From Spirochaetia bacterium (GTDB taxonomy: Bacteria > Spirochaetota > Spirochaetia > CADAEX01), in NCBI GenBank assembly GCA_017554185.1, contig JAFZIU010000009.1, positions 1 through 63,578 of the forward strand: DNA of 63,578 nt. The letters run 5' to 3'. How positions within the stretch are numbered: position 1 is the stretch's first letter; every line of letters starts with the position of its first letter. The notes beneath the pieces were generated by a model. The model searched no databases and was not told the DNA's origin. It was given only the letters and a program-made list of their open reading frames with translations. Positions 46,514-56,395 of the stretch are shown piece after piece. The position numbers were made by a program, and so were the translations under genes.

Positions 46514-49392
46514 AAAGATTATTTAACATATTTACATTGTTATTGACTCTTTTCTTCGTTCTGACAGGGTGTGACAACGGTTCAGCTCCCGACAGCTCAA
46601 ATAACCTGGTAAAGGTAAGCCTTACTGTGGACGGAGATACCTCTGCAGTGTCCCAGAAGAGCATATCTGTAACCGGCAATGATTTGTCAAATATTTCTTA
46701 TAAATACAACGCTGTCCCCCAGTGGAGCAGCAGCTACATCCATGGAGCCACCGACTGGACACCTATAAACTACAGCGGCGAAACAAACCTTGGTTACTTC
46801 TCTCCTGGCCCGTGGGTATTCGGCGTACAGATATTGAAAGGTGATATTCCTGTTTACCAGGGCTTCTCAGAAGTATATGTGTCAAACAGCAGTGTCAGGG
46901 TGAATGTGCTGGTGGATGAACTGTCCACACAGACTGTTTCCGCTTCGGTGCGCATAGCTATCACCGCTCCTACCGTGAATAATGAAGAGCTTACTATTTC
47001 CTACTCGGGTGCCTCTTCTGGCGGTCCTATCAGGGCCACTGCAAGCCCATCGGAAGATTATGCGGGCAGAACCGAATTCGAATATACAGTTTCTGACCTG
47101 CCTGCAGGAAGTTACACATTTACCTTGAGCCATCCATCCGGTGGCAGCGGCGCAGTAGTAGCATTCGACCTGCATCAGGGCGAGGCCATAGAGATAAGCG
47201 GCCATCTGGACAACGGCATCTGGCAGGTTGGTTATATAACTGTAGCGCTCCATACTATCTCTGTAACTAGATATGACTGGGGAAGCGAGCAGTATTATGG
47301 TTTCGTGACACTGAATACAAATTCTGCGGCTATAGGCGAAAGAGTGTCGTTCTATGTCAAACCGGTTGAAAAATCCAGCTTGTCTGAACTGTCAGTGACA
47401 TATGGTGACAATAACAAACAAGTCAGCTTCTCCAGCAGAGGAGATATGTACTCATTTATTATGCCTGACGGTGATGTAACCATTCATGCAAAATTTGCGA
47501 ATGCAACTGTGGATGAGGTGGTTGCACCGCATTTCAAGGCTCTGGTTTATACATTGTATAGCGAAAATCCCGATGTCACATCTTTTGGTAAATCTAATGT
47601 TTCTCCCGATCCTTTAATAGATTGTTTAGAGATCAGGGATGTAAAAATATGGTACGATGATGTCAACCACAAGATCTGCTGGTATGCCGATGATGGCGAT
47701 GTTTTTTTCAAGCCGGGTACCATGGCAGGCTTCTTCAGGGGCTGCACAAAGTATACATCAATTGATATGACCGGCCTTGTAACCACAGCTGTGAATGATA
47801 TGTCTCAAATGTTCCAGGGCTGCACCGGCCTGACAACATTGAACCTTTCCGGCATTGATGCCAGCGTAGTTACTGATATGTCCAACATGTTCGAGGGCTG
47901 CAGTGGCCTGACATCAGTGACTCTCCCGTCGATTGCCAATCCTGTAAACAACGTAAATATGGCAGGGTTGTTCCATGACTGTACTGCTCTGACAACATTG
48001 AATAATCTTGCCAACTTTGATTCCAGCAAAGCTACAAGCATGGCTGGCATGTTCCAGGGCTGCACCAGTCTGGCAACGCTCAGTCTGGCAAGCCTTAAAG
48101 CCAATAGTGCCACCGATATGTCCAGTATGTTCGAGGGCTGTACTAATTTAACAACACTTACCCTTACCGGACTTACATCCAACACCACCAGCGGTATAAA
48201 TATGGAAAGCATGTTCCAGAACTGCAAAAAGATCAGAGGGCTTGATTTCTCTGGCTTCAATGGTTGCAGCGCAACAAGTCTGGCCCATATATTTGAAGGC
48301 TGTGCAAAACTGCAAAATTCGGATGTTGCAAACTTTATTTCTAAAGTTACTACCAACAGTACCACAAGTATGGCCAGCATGTTCCAGGACTGCACCGGTC
48401 TGACATCACTTAACCTGGCAGGCTTTAACGCCGGAGCTTCCAGAGATCTGTCCAACATGTTCCGCGGTTGCACCGGCCTGACATCAATTGACCTTAACAA
48501 CTTTGCAGTCAACACTTCTAGTTCTGTGAATATGGCAGGAATGTTCAGAGGCTGTGAGAAGCTGGATGGAACATTGAACGTTTCCAGCTTCAACACCACT
48601 CAGGCTATCGATATGTCTTATATGTTCTGTGGATGCCTAAAGCTGACAGGAATAACATTCGGCAGCAACTTCAAGACAGCAAATGTAACAGATATGTCCT
48701 ATATGTTCTCAAGTGCCGATTGGGCCGGGGATAATCCTCCTGCAATGAGTTTGACCAGCCTGAGTGTCGGTGGCTTTAATACCGAGAAAGTCACAAACAT
48801 GAGACAGATGTTCTATATGTGTCATTTGCTTACAGAACTTAATGTCACAGGATTCAAGACTCCGTTGGTAACCGATATGTCCTATATGTTCGGTTGCTTT
48901 AATTATGATAAGGTGCACTGTGGCGGTAATTTGGAAGAACTGGATCTGTCCGGCTGGACTTTCACAAATGTCACAAGCACTGCCAATATGTTCGACCGGC
49001 AGGAAAAATTGGCTACCCTGACATTCCCGAGCGAAACCAACTTCAAGAGCCTTACCACAATGACATTTATGTTCAGCCATTGTCTATTGTTGACGCCAGA
49101 AACATTCACTCCTATAGTCAGAAGCTGGAAATTCTCTGGACAGACTGACTGGCAGATGAATATTTATGGTATTGGGCATTCTAAGCCGAATAAGTCGATG
49201 TTTGGAAATACTCAGAGCAGTAGAACTGGAGATAATGCAGGAGCAAACTATGTCTTCCGAACTTCCATGACTGCTGCCGGAAAACCGTTTGCGGACCGTC
49301 CTGGTTTTGTGACTGGCGATGGATACACCCTTTATGTCGGTGGTGGTAATACCGATGCACATTGTCGTCTGACTACAAAGCAAACTCTGTAA
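46510..49392 (+). CDS. DUF285 LRR lipoprotein (4), close paralogue of (3)
   Basis: Lipobox VLTG-C; collinear with 43616-46513. Confidence 0.87.
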   Translation: MKRLFNIFTLLLTLFFVLTGCDNGSAPDSSNNLVKVSLTVDGDTSAVSQKSISVTGNDLSNISYKYNAVPQWSSSYIHGATDWTPINYSGETNLGYFSPGPWVFGVQILKGDIPVYQGFSEVYVSNSSVRVNVLVDELSTQTVSASVRIAITAPTVNNEELTISYSGASSGGPIRATASPSEDYAGRTEFEYTVSDLPAGSYTFTLSHPSGGSGAVVAFDLHQGEAIEISGHLDNGIWQVGYITVALHTISVTRYDWGSEQYYGFVTLNTNSAAIGERVSFYVKPVEKSSLSELSVTYGDNNKQVSFSSRGDMYSFIMPDGDVTIHAKFANATVDEVVAPHFKALVYTLYSENPDVTSFGKSNVSPDPLIDCLEIRDVKIWYDDVNHKICWYADDGDVFFKPGTMAGFFRGCTKYTSIDMTGLVTTAVNDMSQMFQGCTGLTTLNLSGIDASVVTDMSNMFEGCSGLTSVTLPSIANPVNNVNMAGLFHDCTALTTLNNLANFDSSKATSMAGMFQGCTSLATLSLASLKANSATDMSSMFEGCTNLTTLTLTGLTSNTTSGINMESMFQNCKKIRGLDFSGFNGCSATSLAHIFEGCAKLQNSDVANFISKVTTNSTTSMASMFQDCTGLTSLNLAGFNAGASRDLSNMFRGCTGLTSIDLNNFAVNTSSSVNMAGMFRGCEKLDGTLNVSSFNTTQAIDMSYMFCGCLKLTGITFGSNFKTANVTDMSYMFSSADWAGDNPPAMSLTSLSVGGFNTEKVTNMRQMFYMCHLLTELNVTGFKTPLVTDMSYMFGCFNYDKVHCGGNLEELDLSGWTFTNVTSTANMFDRQEKLATLTFPSETNFKSLTTMTFMFSHCLLLTPETFTPIVRSWKFSGQTDWQMNIYGIGHSKPNKSMFGNTQSSRTGDNAGANYVFRTSMTAAGKPFADRPGFVTGDGYTLYVGGGNTDAHCRLTTKQTL

Positions 49393-49542
49393 TAAATTAT
49401 TTTACCTATTTGTTACCAACACTAAAATTTGTTGGTATTTGTACCAATATTTTTGTAATAACTCGCTGTTAATCTTATTATGCAATTCCTTGTATTACAA
49501 TCAATTACAAAAAAGTTTTAAAAAATCTTAAAGTTTCTTATG

Positions 49543-49619
49543 CGTTACTATTGACAAGTTAGTAACGGCATAGTAATGTTGGTATTGTAAACGGAAACGT
49601 TGGTGAAACGTTACTAACT
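49543..49619 (+). promoter_or_regulatory. Promoter with repeated operator-like boxes
   Basis: TTGACA at 49551-49556; CGTTACTA at 49543 (+), 49560 (-) and 49609 (+); perfect 11-bp inverted repeat 49557-49567 / 49609-49619. Confidence 0.65.
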
Positions 49620-49625
49620 AAGGAG

Positions 49626-50078
49626 ATGAAAATGAGAAACTTTAAGCTGGCAGTCAAGATGATGATTATGGCAATCGCAATGGGAACACTCTTCTGCTCA
49701 TGCAACATGGCTGGCGGTTCAGATTCATACGAATCATCCTCCTCCAAGTCAAGCGGCAACGGCACCTACGAAGCCGGTTCAGAAAGGGCAGGTCAGGCTG
49801 TAGCTTTCTCCATCATTATTCCTGAAATCAATGTATCAGTTACTGGAGCCGACAAGGTGACACAGAACATAGCAGGAACAACAGCCATCACCGCAGAAGC
49901 AACCGATGGTGCGACATTTATGTGGTATGTGAACGGAATGCTGCAGTCTGGCGAAAAAGAGTCAACATACGAGCTTAGCTGCGCACGCCCGGGCGTATAC
50001 GAAGTTACCTGCATCGCAATCAGCGCAGATGGCACTCTGGCTAAATCAGCATCCAAGCTGGTGACAGTGACCCCATAA
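49626..50078 (+). CDS. Small lipoprotein with Ser-rich tether and a single Ig/PKD-like domain
   Basis: Lipobox LFCS-C; WYVNG...Y.L...PG.YEVTC Ig-like pattern. Confidence 0.8.
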   Translation: MKMRNFKLAVKMMIMAIAMGTLFCSCNMAGGSDSYESSSSKSSGNGTYEAGSERAGQAVAFSIIIPEINVSVTGADKVTQNIAGTTAITAEATDGATFMWYVNGMLQSGEKESTYELSCARPGVYEVTCIAISADGTLAKSASKLVTVTP

Positions 50079-50184
50079 ATAAGCTAAATATCAATATATA
50101 TTATTAATAACAATTTATTATTAAATTTCTCCAAAAAGTAATAATTATAATTTTTATGCCGATAAATAGTACCAGGATACTATT

Positions 50185-51387
50185 TTGAAGAAGACATTGG
50201 TAATAACAGCTGCGATTATTCTTGCTCTGTTGGCCACGGCTGGTATTATTTCTTTAACACAAACAAAAGACTCACATCCAAAAGAAGAGGCACAGCAGCC
50301 TAATGTCCGCATAATGGAAGAAAACACTCAGATATCTAACCCTGTCGAAGAGGCAATGCAATTACAGATTGCTGAACTGAGGGCACAGGTGGAAAAGCTT
50401 GAGAAGGAGAAGGGCCAGGCTGAGTTCGACCGTTCTGCACTTAAGTCCGAGCAGGATAAGCTCAGAAAGCGGATAGCAACACTTGAGGATCAGAATCAGT
50501 ATCTCCGCGGCAGGAACAAGGCTTTGAGCGACGAAGGCCTGCGTCTCCAAGGGGATGTTTCCTCAAAGGAAAAAGATATTGCTTCTAAAGCAACCGAGAT
50601 AGAAGCCCACGAGGCAGAGATTGCGACACATGAAGCCGAGATTGCTGATCTTAAGGAACAGCTTGATCAGCTTGAACAGCTTGTAAAAGAACGTGAAACC
50701 GAGATTGCTGCATTGAATGAACAGCTTGACCATGCAGCCAAAGAGCGTGAAGCCAGTGAGGCTGCATATCAGGCAGCTTTAGCCAAGATCGATGAATATA
50801 ATGCTCATCAGACAGTTTCGGATGCAACTCTGACCGAGGCCAATACAACAGGCACCAGGGTTACAGAAAAGGGAGATACTGTTTCAACATTTGGCACACT
50901 TAATGCCGGGCAGACCCGGAATATACTTGGAATTAAAATAGGCGGTTCTGACATAGATATAGAAGGCACATTTGCCCTCATGCCGCACTGGTTCCTGATT
51001 GGCGATTTAGGGGCAGTGGAGGTTCCCAAAGACTTTGTGAAAGATGAATTCCCAGGCCTTACCGCAGACCATGCCTTTGTTTATACCGCACTCTTTGGAA
51101 CAGGACTCAACTGGCGGTTCAACTCTATCCAGAGTCAGCCTAACATCTATTTAGCAACCATGGCTGGTCCAGCCTGGTATTTATATAAGGAAGATAACAG
51201 GAACGAAATCAACACATATCTGCTGTGGAGATCTTCTATCGGATTTGATATGACATTGTATAAGAATCTGCAGTTCACTACAGATTTGAGTGTAGATTGG
51301 ATGAAGAATTATGGATTCACCCCGCATCTTACTGTGGGACTCCAGTGGAGTTTCAGCAACAGCTGGGCGTTGTTCGGTGGCAGATGA
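50185..51387 (+). CDS. Signal/anchor + long coiled coil + predicted 8-strand outer-membrane beta-barrel (A)
   Basis: TTG start; hydrophobic N-terminus; heptad-rich middle; eight amphipathic strands ending TVGLQWSF. Confidence 0.7.
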   Translation: MKKTLVITAAIILALLATAGIISLTQTKDSHPKEEAQQPNVRIMEENTQISNPVEEAMQLQIAELRAQVEKLEKEKGQAEFDRSALKSEQDKLRKRIATLEDQNQYLRGRNKALSDEGLRLQGDVSSKEKDIASKATEIEAHEAEIATHEAEIADLKEQLDQLEQLVKERETEIAALNEQLDHAAKEREASEAAYQAALAKIDEYNAHQTVSDATLTEANTTGTRVTEKGDTVSTFGTLNAGQTRNILGIKIGGSDIDIEGTFALMPHWFLIGDLGAVEVPKDFVKDEFPGLTADHAFVYTALFGTGLNWRFNSIQSQPNIYLATMAGPAWYLYKEDNRNEINTYLLWRSSIGFDMTLYKNLQFTTDLSVDWMKNYGFTPHLTVGLQWSFSNSWALFGGR

Positions 51388-51405
51388 CAGGAGGTACTTG
51401 CTGAT

Positions 51406-54400
51406 ATGTTCAGAAAAACACTATATATATTTTTAGCTTTATGTATCTCGCTCTGTATTTTCATCGCCTGCGACAACGGTGTTGCCTTTGTCAACGAGAT
51501 GAAGGAGGACACATCTTCCGGCGGTGGCGGCGGCGGTGGTGGCGGTTCCACCCTGATACCTATTACTGTTACTGCTGATTTCAAGGAGAAGTACTATGAT
51601 CCAGATGCGGCTTCTCCTATGCCTGATCCCGAACTGACTTATACATTTAGCCCTGATCCTTTACCGAGCGGTGTAGAAATAGTTGGATCTTTAACACGTG
51701 AAGCTGGTGAGAATGTAAATTATGAGCCTGGATATGCTATAACCCAGGGAACCTTAGCTCTATCGGGAAAACATGCAAATAAGTATTCTCTTTCATATGT
51801 AGGCAATTATCTTGCAGTTTATGAGAAAGGTGTAATTTATGTCAAAGCTGATGCAAAAACAATATATGTAGGAGAGGCTGCCCCAGAGCTTACCTTCACT
51901 TCTCAGCCGAGAGCAGCAGCCATGGCAGCATGGGCTGAGCCAGTATACTTTAGCGGCCAGCTCACATGTCCAACACTGAACACATCTGTTGCTGGTGAAT
52001 ATCCGATTGCTTACGAACTTACATTGGAAGGGGAAGGGGCTTATTCTCATAGGATTGTTCCCGATGAGACTCCTGTCTATGTTACAGTACTGAATCCTAA
52101 TGATATTCGTATCACTGCTGATGATAAAGAGATGATTTATGGAAGTTCTCTTCCTGCTATAACCTGGTCACCCAATACTCGGCCTGATGGAATATCATTT
52201 AGTGCAACTGGTAGCGATGCACCATATTATACTGTCAGTTCAAGCACAGAAGCTGGTGAATATGATAATGCTATAAGAGTAGACCGTATTAAAATAATAG
52301 ATGATGCCACCGGGAATGTATCAGCAGTTTATTCCCCAGATTACCATAATGGTAAAATGACTATCACCAAGAGAACATTGACTGTCAGGGCCATTGCCCA
52401 AGGAATAAAGGTTGGTGGAGCTCCTGCTGCTCTGGATTATACATATGAGGGAATGCTCGACGGTGATGATCCACACGATAAAGCCGCCATATTTGATGGC
52501 AGTCTTTCTTGTCCGACTTTGAATGTAAATGCCATAGGCAGTTACCCTATAGAAAGCAGTCTTACGCTTAAACCTGCGTTTTTAAATAAGTATGTTATCA
52601 ATTATGTCCCTGCGAATGTAGTGGTTTCTTCAAAAACAGCAGTTACTATAACTATTGATTCAAAGCAAAAATACTACAATGACAACAACCCAACGCTCAC
52701 TTACTCTTCAAGTCCAGTGTTGCCAGGTGGAGCTTTTGATGGAAGCCTTGCTACAACGGCTACAAAGACATCTCCTGTGATTAACGGAGCGTATGAGATT
52801 AATATTGGAGACCTCCATCTGACTGATGGATATTACAGTACATATGAAATAATCAATCCAGATGTCACCAGTACCCTTACTATACAGAAAAAGCCTCTTA
52901 ATATAACTGTGGTCAACCAGACCAGAACCTACGGCGACAATCCGAATATGCATCCTTTCAGTTTCATCAGCAATCCAGTTCTTCCTAATGGAGCATTCCA
53001 GAACCTACAGGGCTTCTCCTGTGCAGTCAATGCTGCCACCCCAGTTTCTGCATCGGAAAACGACAGGAAAATAACCCGGTCAACATTTGGTCTGGCACAT
53101 ACAAAGGATGAAAATAATAACTATTATGATGACAACTACAGTATTGAAAACGGAACCTGGACAAATGGCCTTGTCACTATAAATCCAAGGCCTGTTCATG
53201 TGACAGCAGATGCAAAGGCTGTATATAAGGGCGCGGGTAGTTATCCGGAATTCACTTTCACCACAGACTGTGGTCTTACAAAAGATGATTTTAACGGAGC
53301 TTTGGAATGTTCTGGTGATCTTAATACATCAGGTAAATACGATATTACCATGAACAGCAGTTTTGCTCTTAAGTCGGGTCATGATAATTATTCTTTTGAA
53401 AGGACAAATGAATATTATACCGGTGCTAAGCTTACTGTTACAGAACAGACTCTGGTAACAATTCACATCAATGATGCAGAAAGATATTATGGTGATGCCA
53501 ATCCGTCATTTATTTACTATACAGAACCGGGATTACCTCCTGGAGCACTGACTGTAACGCTTGCTTGTACTGCTACTTCAACAACCCCAGTTGGAAGCTC
53601 AGGTGATGCATATAAGATAACTATAGCAAGCTATCAGCTGAATGGCGATTACGCTACAACTCATGCCATTGAGAATCCAAGTACGTATGGTATATTGACT
53701 ATTAATAAGAAACCGGTTGATATTGTTGTCCTCAACCAGACCAGAACTTATAGGGATAGTCCCGCATCTTATCCCGTTGACTTTGTTAATAGTCTGGGAC
53801 TTCCAAAGGCTACTGCCTTCACAAATTTGACTGGTTTTATCTGTAATGTCAGTGCAAATACTCCGGTGAATGCTTCAGCTGAGGCCAGAAAGATTGCACA
53901 GGACACAAGCAATACAGGATTGAAACTTGCTCATGCAAAGATTGGAGCAACTGATAATTATTATGATGAGAATTATACTATCGGCACTTTCACCGATGGT
54001 CTTGTGACAATAAATCCTAAGCCTGTTACTATTTCAGCAGATAACAAGACAGTCCTTGTGGGTGTTGCAACGCCAGGATTGACGTTCACTTCCGACTGTG
54101 ATAGTTATGGAGTTGGATTTGCAGGCACCCTTGGACTGGATCCTGCTAGAACAGACTTCGATTTAGCAACTGATTACGAAATTACCCAGGGGGGTGTTGT
54201 CTTAAGTTCTGCAAACGATAATTATGGGAATCCGTCTAATGTAAATTATTCAATCGATAAATATAATAGTGCAGTTCTTACCGTTACACCAAAGATTCCT
54301 ATTAACGTAGTTGCTGTAGATAAAACCAAAACCTTTAATAATGGCGGTTCTGATCCGGCTTTGACATATCTGTATACTCCTCCAAAGGCAGGAATAACAG

Positions 54401-56112
54401 TTGTCGGTGACTTGAATCGTGTGGCAGGTGAAAAAGTTGGAACATATGGTATCCTTGGTGAGAATCTTGGTATAGATGGTGATTCAGAGGGGCTTTATGA
54501 AATTAATTTTACGCCTGGTATATTTACTATAACTAAGCAGGAAGTTACTGTAACAGCAGAGAATAAAGAAAAGTATTATGGGGACGATAATCCAGCACTT
54601 ACATTTAATACTAGTCCAGCACTGACATCAGAAGCATTTACAGGTGCAATTTCTTGGGCCGACAATGAAAGGAATTATCATGATTATATTGATCAGAATG
54701 GTACCAAGGATTTTAACATTATCCAAGGAACTCTGAAATTAAAAGATGACACTTATGGTGATAATACTAAATATGTCAATGCAGAACATCATGAATATGG
54801 AACATACAAAGACAACTATATAATTGATTTTAATCAGGGAACCATGACTGTCGATAAACCTGCTGTAAAGCAGATTGCCGGTACAACCCTCAAAGCCAAA
54901 ATCAAGAGCTATCATGATGATAATGATATCACCTCTTTCAGCCGTTCCTTTGATAATCCTCCTGGAGGCGCAGAAATTATTGATGACAGTGGGTCACACC
55001 ATTTATATATGTGGGTAGATGGAACTGCATTAAAATATGCTTATACTCGTACAGAGATGGGCAGGATTGAAATAACTGACAGCGCCGAAGGACTGTTCCA
55101 GGATTGTGGCAAGTTCACCACTATTGATGTCTCGGGCCTGAGGCTGGCTGATAGCCCTATGAGCGCGGCTCATATGTTCGACAGCTGTGTACTGCTTAAG
55201 GAAGTCAATCTTGCAGGACTTAATACCAGCAAAGTCACAGATATGTCATATATGTTCTATAAGGCAGGATTTAATTACTTCCCAAGCTATGCTACAGGTG
55301 TGTCTGCTGGAAGTACTGAAAATAATAGCTATAATTTGGTGATTTCCAACGCTGTGTTTGACACATCCAGTGTTACAAATATGTCCTATATGTTCAGTAT
55401 ATGTGCTGCTATAGACTTAAGTGGAATAAACATGAACAGTTGGGATGTAAGTGATGTAGAAGATATGTCATTTATGTTTGCTGGTTATAGTTATATGGAT
55501 GGAAAAAAGAAATGGTATTACTGGTATACAAAAATTACTGGTTTCGATATCAGTGGCTGGGATACAGCAAGCTGTGGAACATTCGAGAATATGTTTGCTC
55601 TCTCTAATAGGTTTACTGAACTGAATATAAGTGGATGGGACTTTAGTAATGTTACCAACCTCAGCCGTATGTTTGAGCGGTGCGAGAGCCTTGGCACAGG
55701 TACCAACGGAAAAGCGGAAGACGATATTAAACTGGTATTCCCTTCACATACTATGATGACAAAGGCCGATAATTTCCTTTATATGTTTGGTAAATGCCTA
55801 AAATTACGGCGTGAGAATTTTGCAGCTATAGTTTCAACTTGGGATTTCACTGGAAATGCAACTGCAGCCACTCGGTTTGCAAATTATAGTTATGATGATA
55901 CATCAATAGAGACTATTCCGAGTAACAGAATGATAGCTAATATGTTTAGTTCTACAAATGCTCATTATGCTGCAAACTTTAAAAGCCGTTTATCATATAC
56001 TACATATCCTAATGAGGCCCAGATGACTCTTTATATCGGTGGCAGTACTGGTGGCATAGAGCAACAGCGCCTTACATTTGAGGAAAGTCCACCTCCAAAA
56101 CCAGCTTCATAA
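51406..56112 (+). CDS. Giant lipoprotein: Gly9 linker, ~12 MBG-like repeats, C-terminal DUF285 LRR
   Basis: Lipobox FIA-C; repeats of V.A..K...YG...P.LTY...G.L.R..GE..G.Y.I. Confidence 0.85.
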   Translation: MFRKTLYIFLALCISLCIFIACDNGVAFVNEMKEDTSSGGGGGGGGGSTLIPITVTADFKEKYYDPDAASPMPDPELTYTFSPDPLPSGVEIVGSLTREAGENVNYEPGYAITQGTLALSGKHANKYSLSYVGNYLAVYEKGVIYVKADAKTIYVGEAAPELTFTSQPRAAAMAAWAEPVYFSGQLTCPTLNTSVAGEYPIAYELTLEGEGAYSHRIVPDETPVYVTVLNPNDIRITADDKEMIYGSSLPAITWSPNTRPDGISFSATGSDAPYYTVSSSTEAGEYDNAIRVDRIKIIDDATGNVSAVYSPDYHNGKMTITKRTLTVRAIAQGIKVGGAPAALDYTYEGMLDGDDPHDKAAIFDGSLSCPTLNVNAIGSYPIESSLTLKPAFLNKYVINYVPANVVVSSKTAVTITIDSKQKYYNDNNPTLTYSSSPVLPGGAFDGSLATTATKTSPVINGAYEINIGDLHLTDGYYSTYEIINPDVTSTLTIQKKPLNITVVNQTRTYGDNPNMHPFSFISNPVLPNGAFQNLQGFSCAVNAATPVSASENDRKITRSTFGLAHTKDENNNYYDDNYSIENGTWTNGLVTINPRPVHVTADAKAVYKGAGSYPEFTFTTDCGLTKDDFNGALECSGDLNTSGKYDITMNSSFALKSGHDNYSFERTNEYYTGAKLTVTEQTLVTIHINDAERYYGDANPSFIYYTEPGLPPGALTVTLACTATSTTPVGSSGDAYKITIASYQLNGDYATTHAIENPSTYGILTINKKPVDIVVLNQTRTYRDSPASYPVDFVNSLGLPKATAFTNLTGFICNVSANTPVNASAEARKIAQDTSNTGLKLAHAKIGATDNYYDENYTIGTFTDGLVTINPKPVTISADNKTVLVGVATPGLTFTSDCDSYGVGFAGTLGLDPARTDFDLATDYEITQGGVVLSSANDNYGNPSNVNYSIDKYNSAVLTVTPKIPINVVAVDKTKTFNNGGSDPALTYLYTPPKAGITVVGDLNRVAGEKVGTYGILGENLGIDGDSEGLYEINFTPGIFTITKQEVTVTAENKEKYYGDDNPALTFNTSPALTSEAFTGAISWADNERNYHDYIDQNGTKDFNIIQGTLKLKDDTYGDNTKYVNAEHHEYGTYKDNYIIDFNQGTMTVDKPAVKQIAGTTLKAKIKSYHDDNDITSFSRSFDNPPGGAEIIDDSGSHHLYMWVDGTALKYAYTRTEMGRIEITDSAEGLFQDCGKFTTIDVSGLRLADSPMSAAHMFDSCVLLKEVNLAGLNTSKVTDMSYMFYKAGFNYFPSYATGVSAGSTENNSYNLVISNAVFDTSSVTNMSYMFSICAAIDLSGINMNSWDVSDVEDMSFMFAGYSYMDGKKKWYYWYTKITGFDISGWDTASCGTFENMFALSNRFTELNISGWDFSNVTNLSRMFERCESLGTGTNGKAEDDIKLVFPSHTMMTKADNFLYMFGKCLKLRRENFAAIVSTWDFTGNATAATRFANYSYDDTSIETIPSNRMIANMFSSTNAHYAANFKSRLSYTTYPNEAQMTLYIGGSTGGIEQQRLTFEESPPPKPAS

Positions 56113-56120
56113 AAACGACT

Positions 56121-56146
56121 AAACCCAGCCTTTTGGCTGGGTTTTT
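56121..56146. terminator. Bidirectional intrinsic terminator
   Basis: AAACCCAGCC-TTTT-GGCTGGGTTT between convergent genes. Confidence 0.9.
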
Positions 56147-56170
56147 CTTTGTACTTGTGGGGTAGAAAAG

Positions 56171-56395
56171 TTACAGCGCTGCCACCTGCTCGGCAGTCAG
56201 GCCAGTGATTTCAGAGATTACATCAAGCGGAATATTCTTTTTTTTCATGCCCCGGGCGTCTTCTATCTTTGCTATCTCTATACCTTCTTCTACCCCCTTT
56301 TCATGGGAGGCAAGCAGTCCAGATTCATAGTCAACCCGCCCTTTATAGCGGCTCTCCTGTATGGCCCATTCGCGTTCGTCATCGCTTATTGTCAT
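56171..56395 (-). CDS. Putative intragenic small Rpn antitoxin (74 aa, in frame)
   Basis: AGGAGA RBS followed by ATG of MTISDDERE at 56395, in frame with the host gene. Confidence 0.5.
   Translation of the reverse strand: MTISDDEREWAIQESRYKGRVDYESGLLASHEKGVEEGIEIAKIEDARGMKKKNIPLDVISEITGLTAEQVAAL

Noticed and set aside
44482-48599. 334-aa and 264-aa repetitive minus-strand ORFs
   Set aside because: Mirror images of the LRR repeats
51520-51546. GGC/GGT run as a phase-variable repeat
   Set aside because: Mixed-codon in-frame Gly9 tether; slippage would not switch expression
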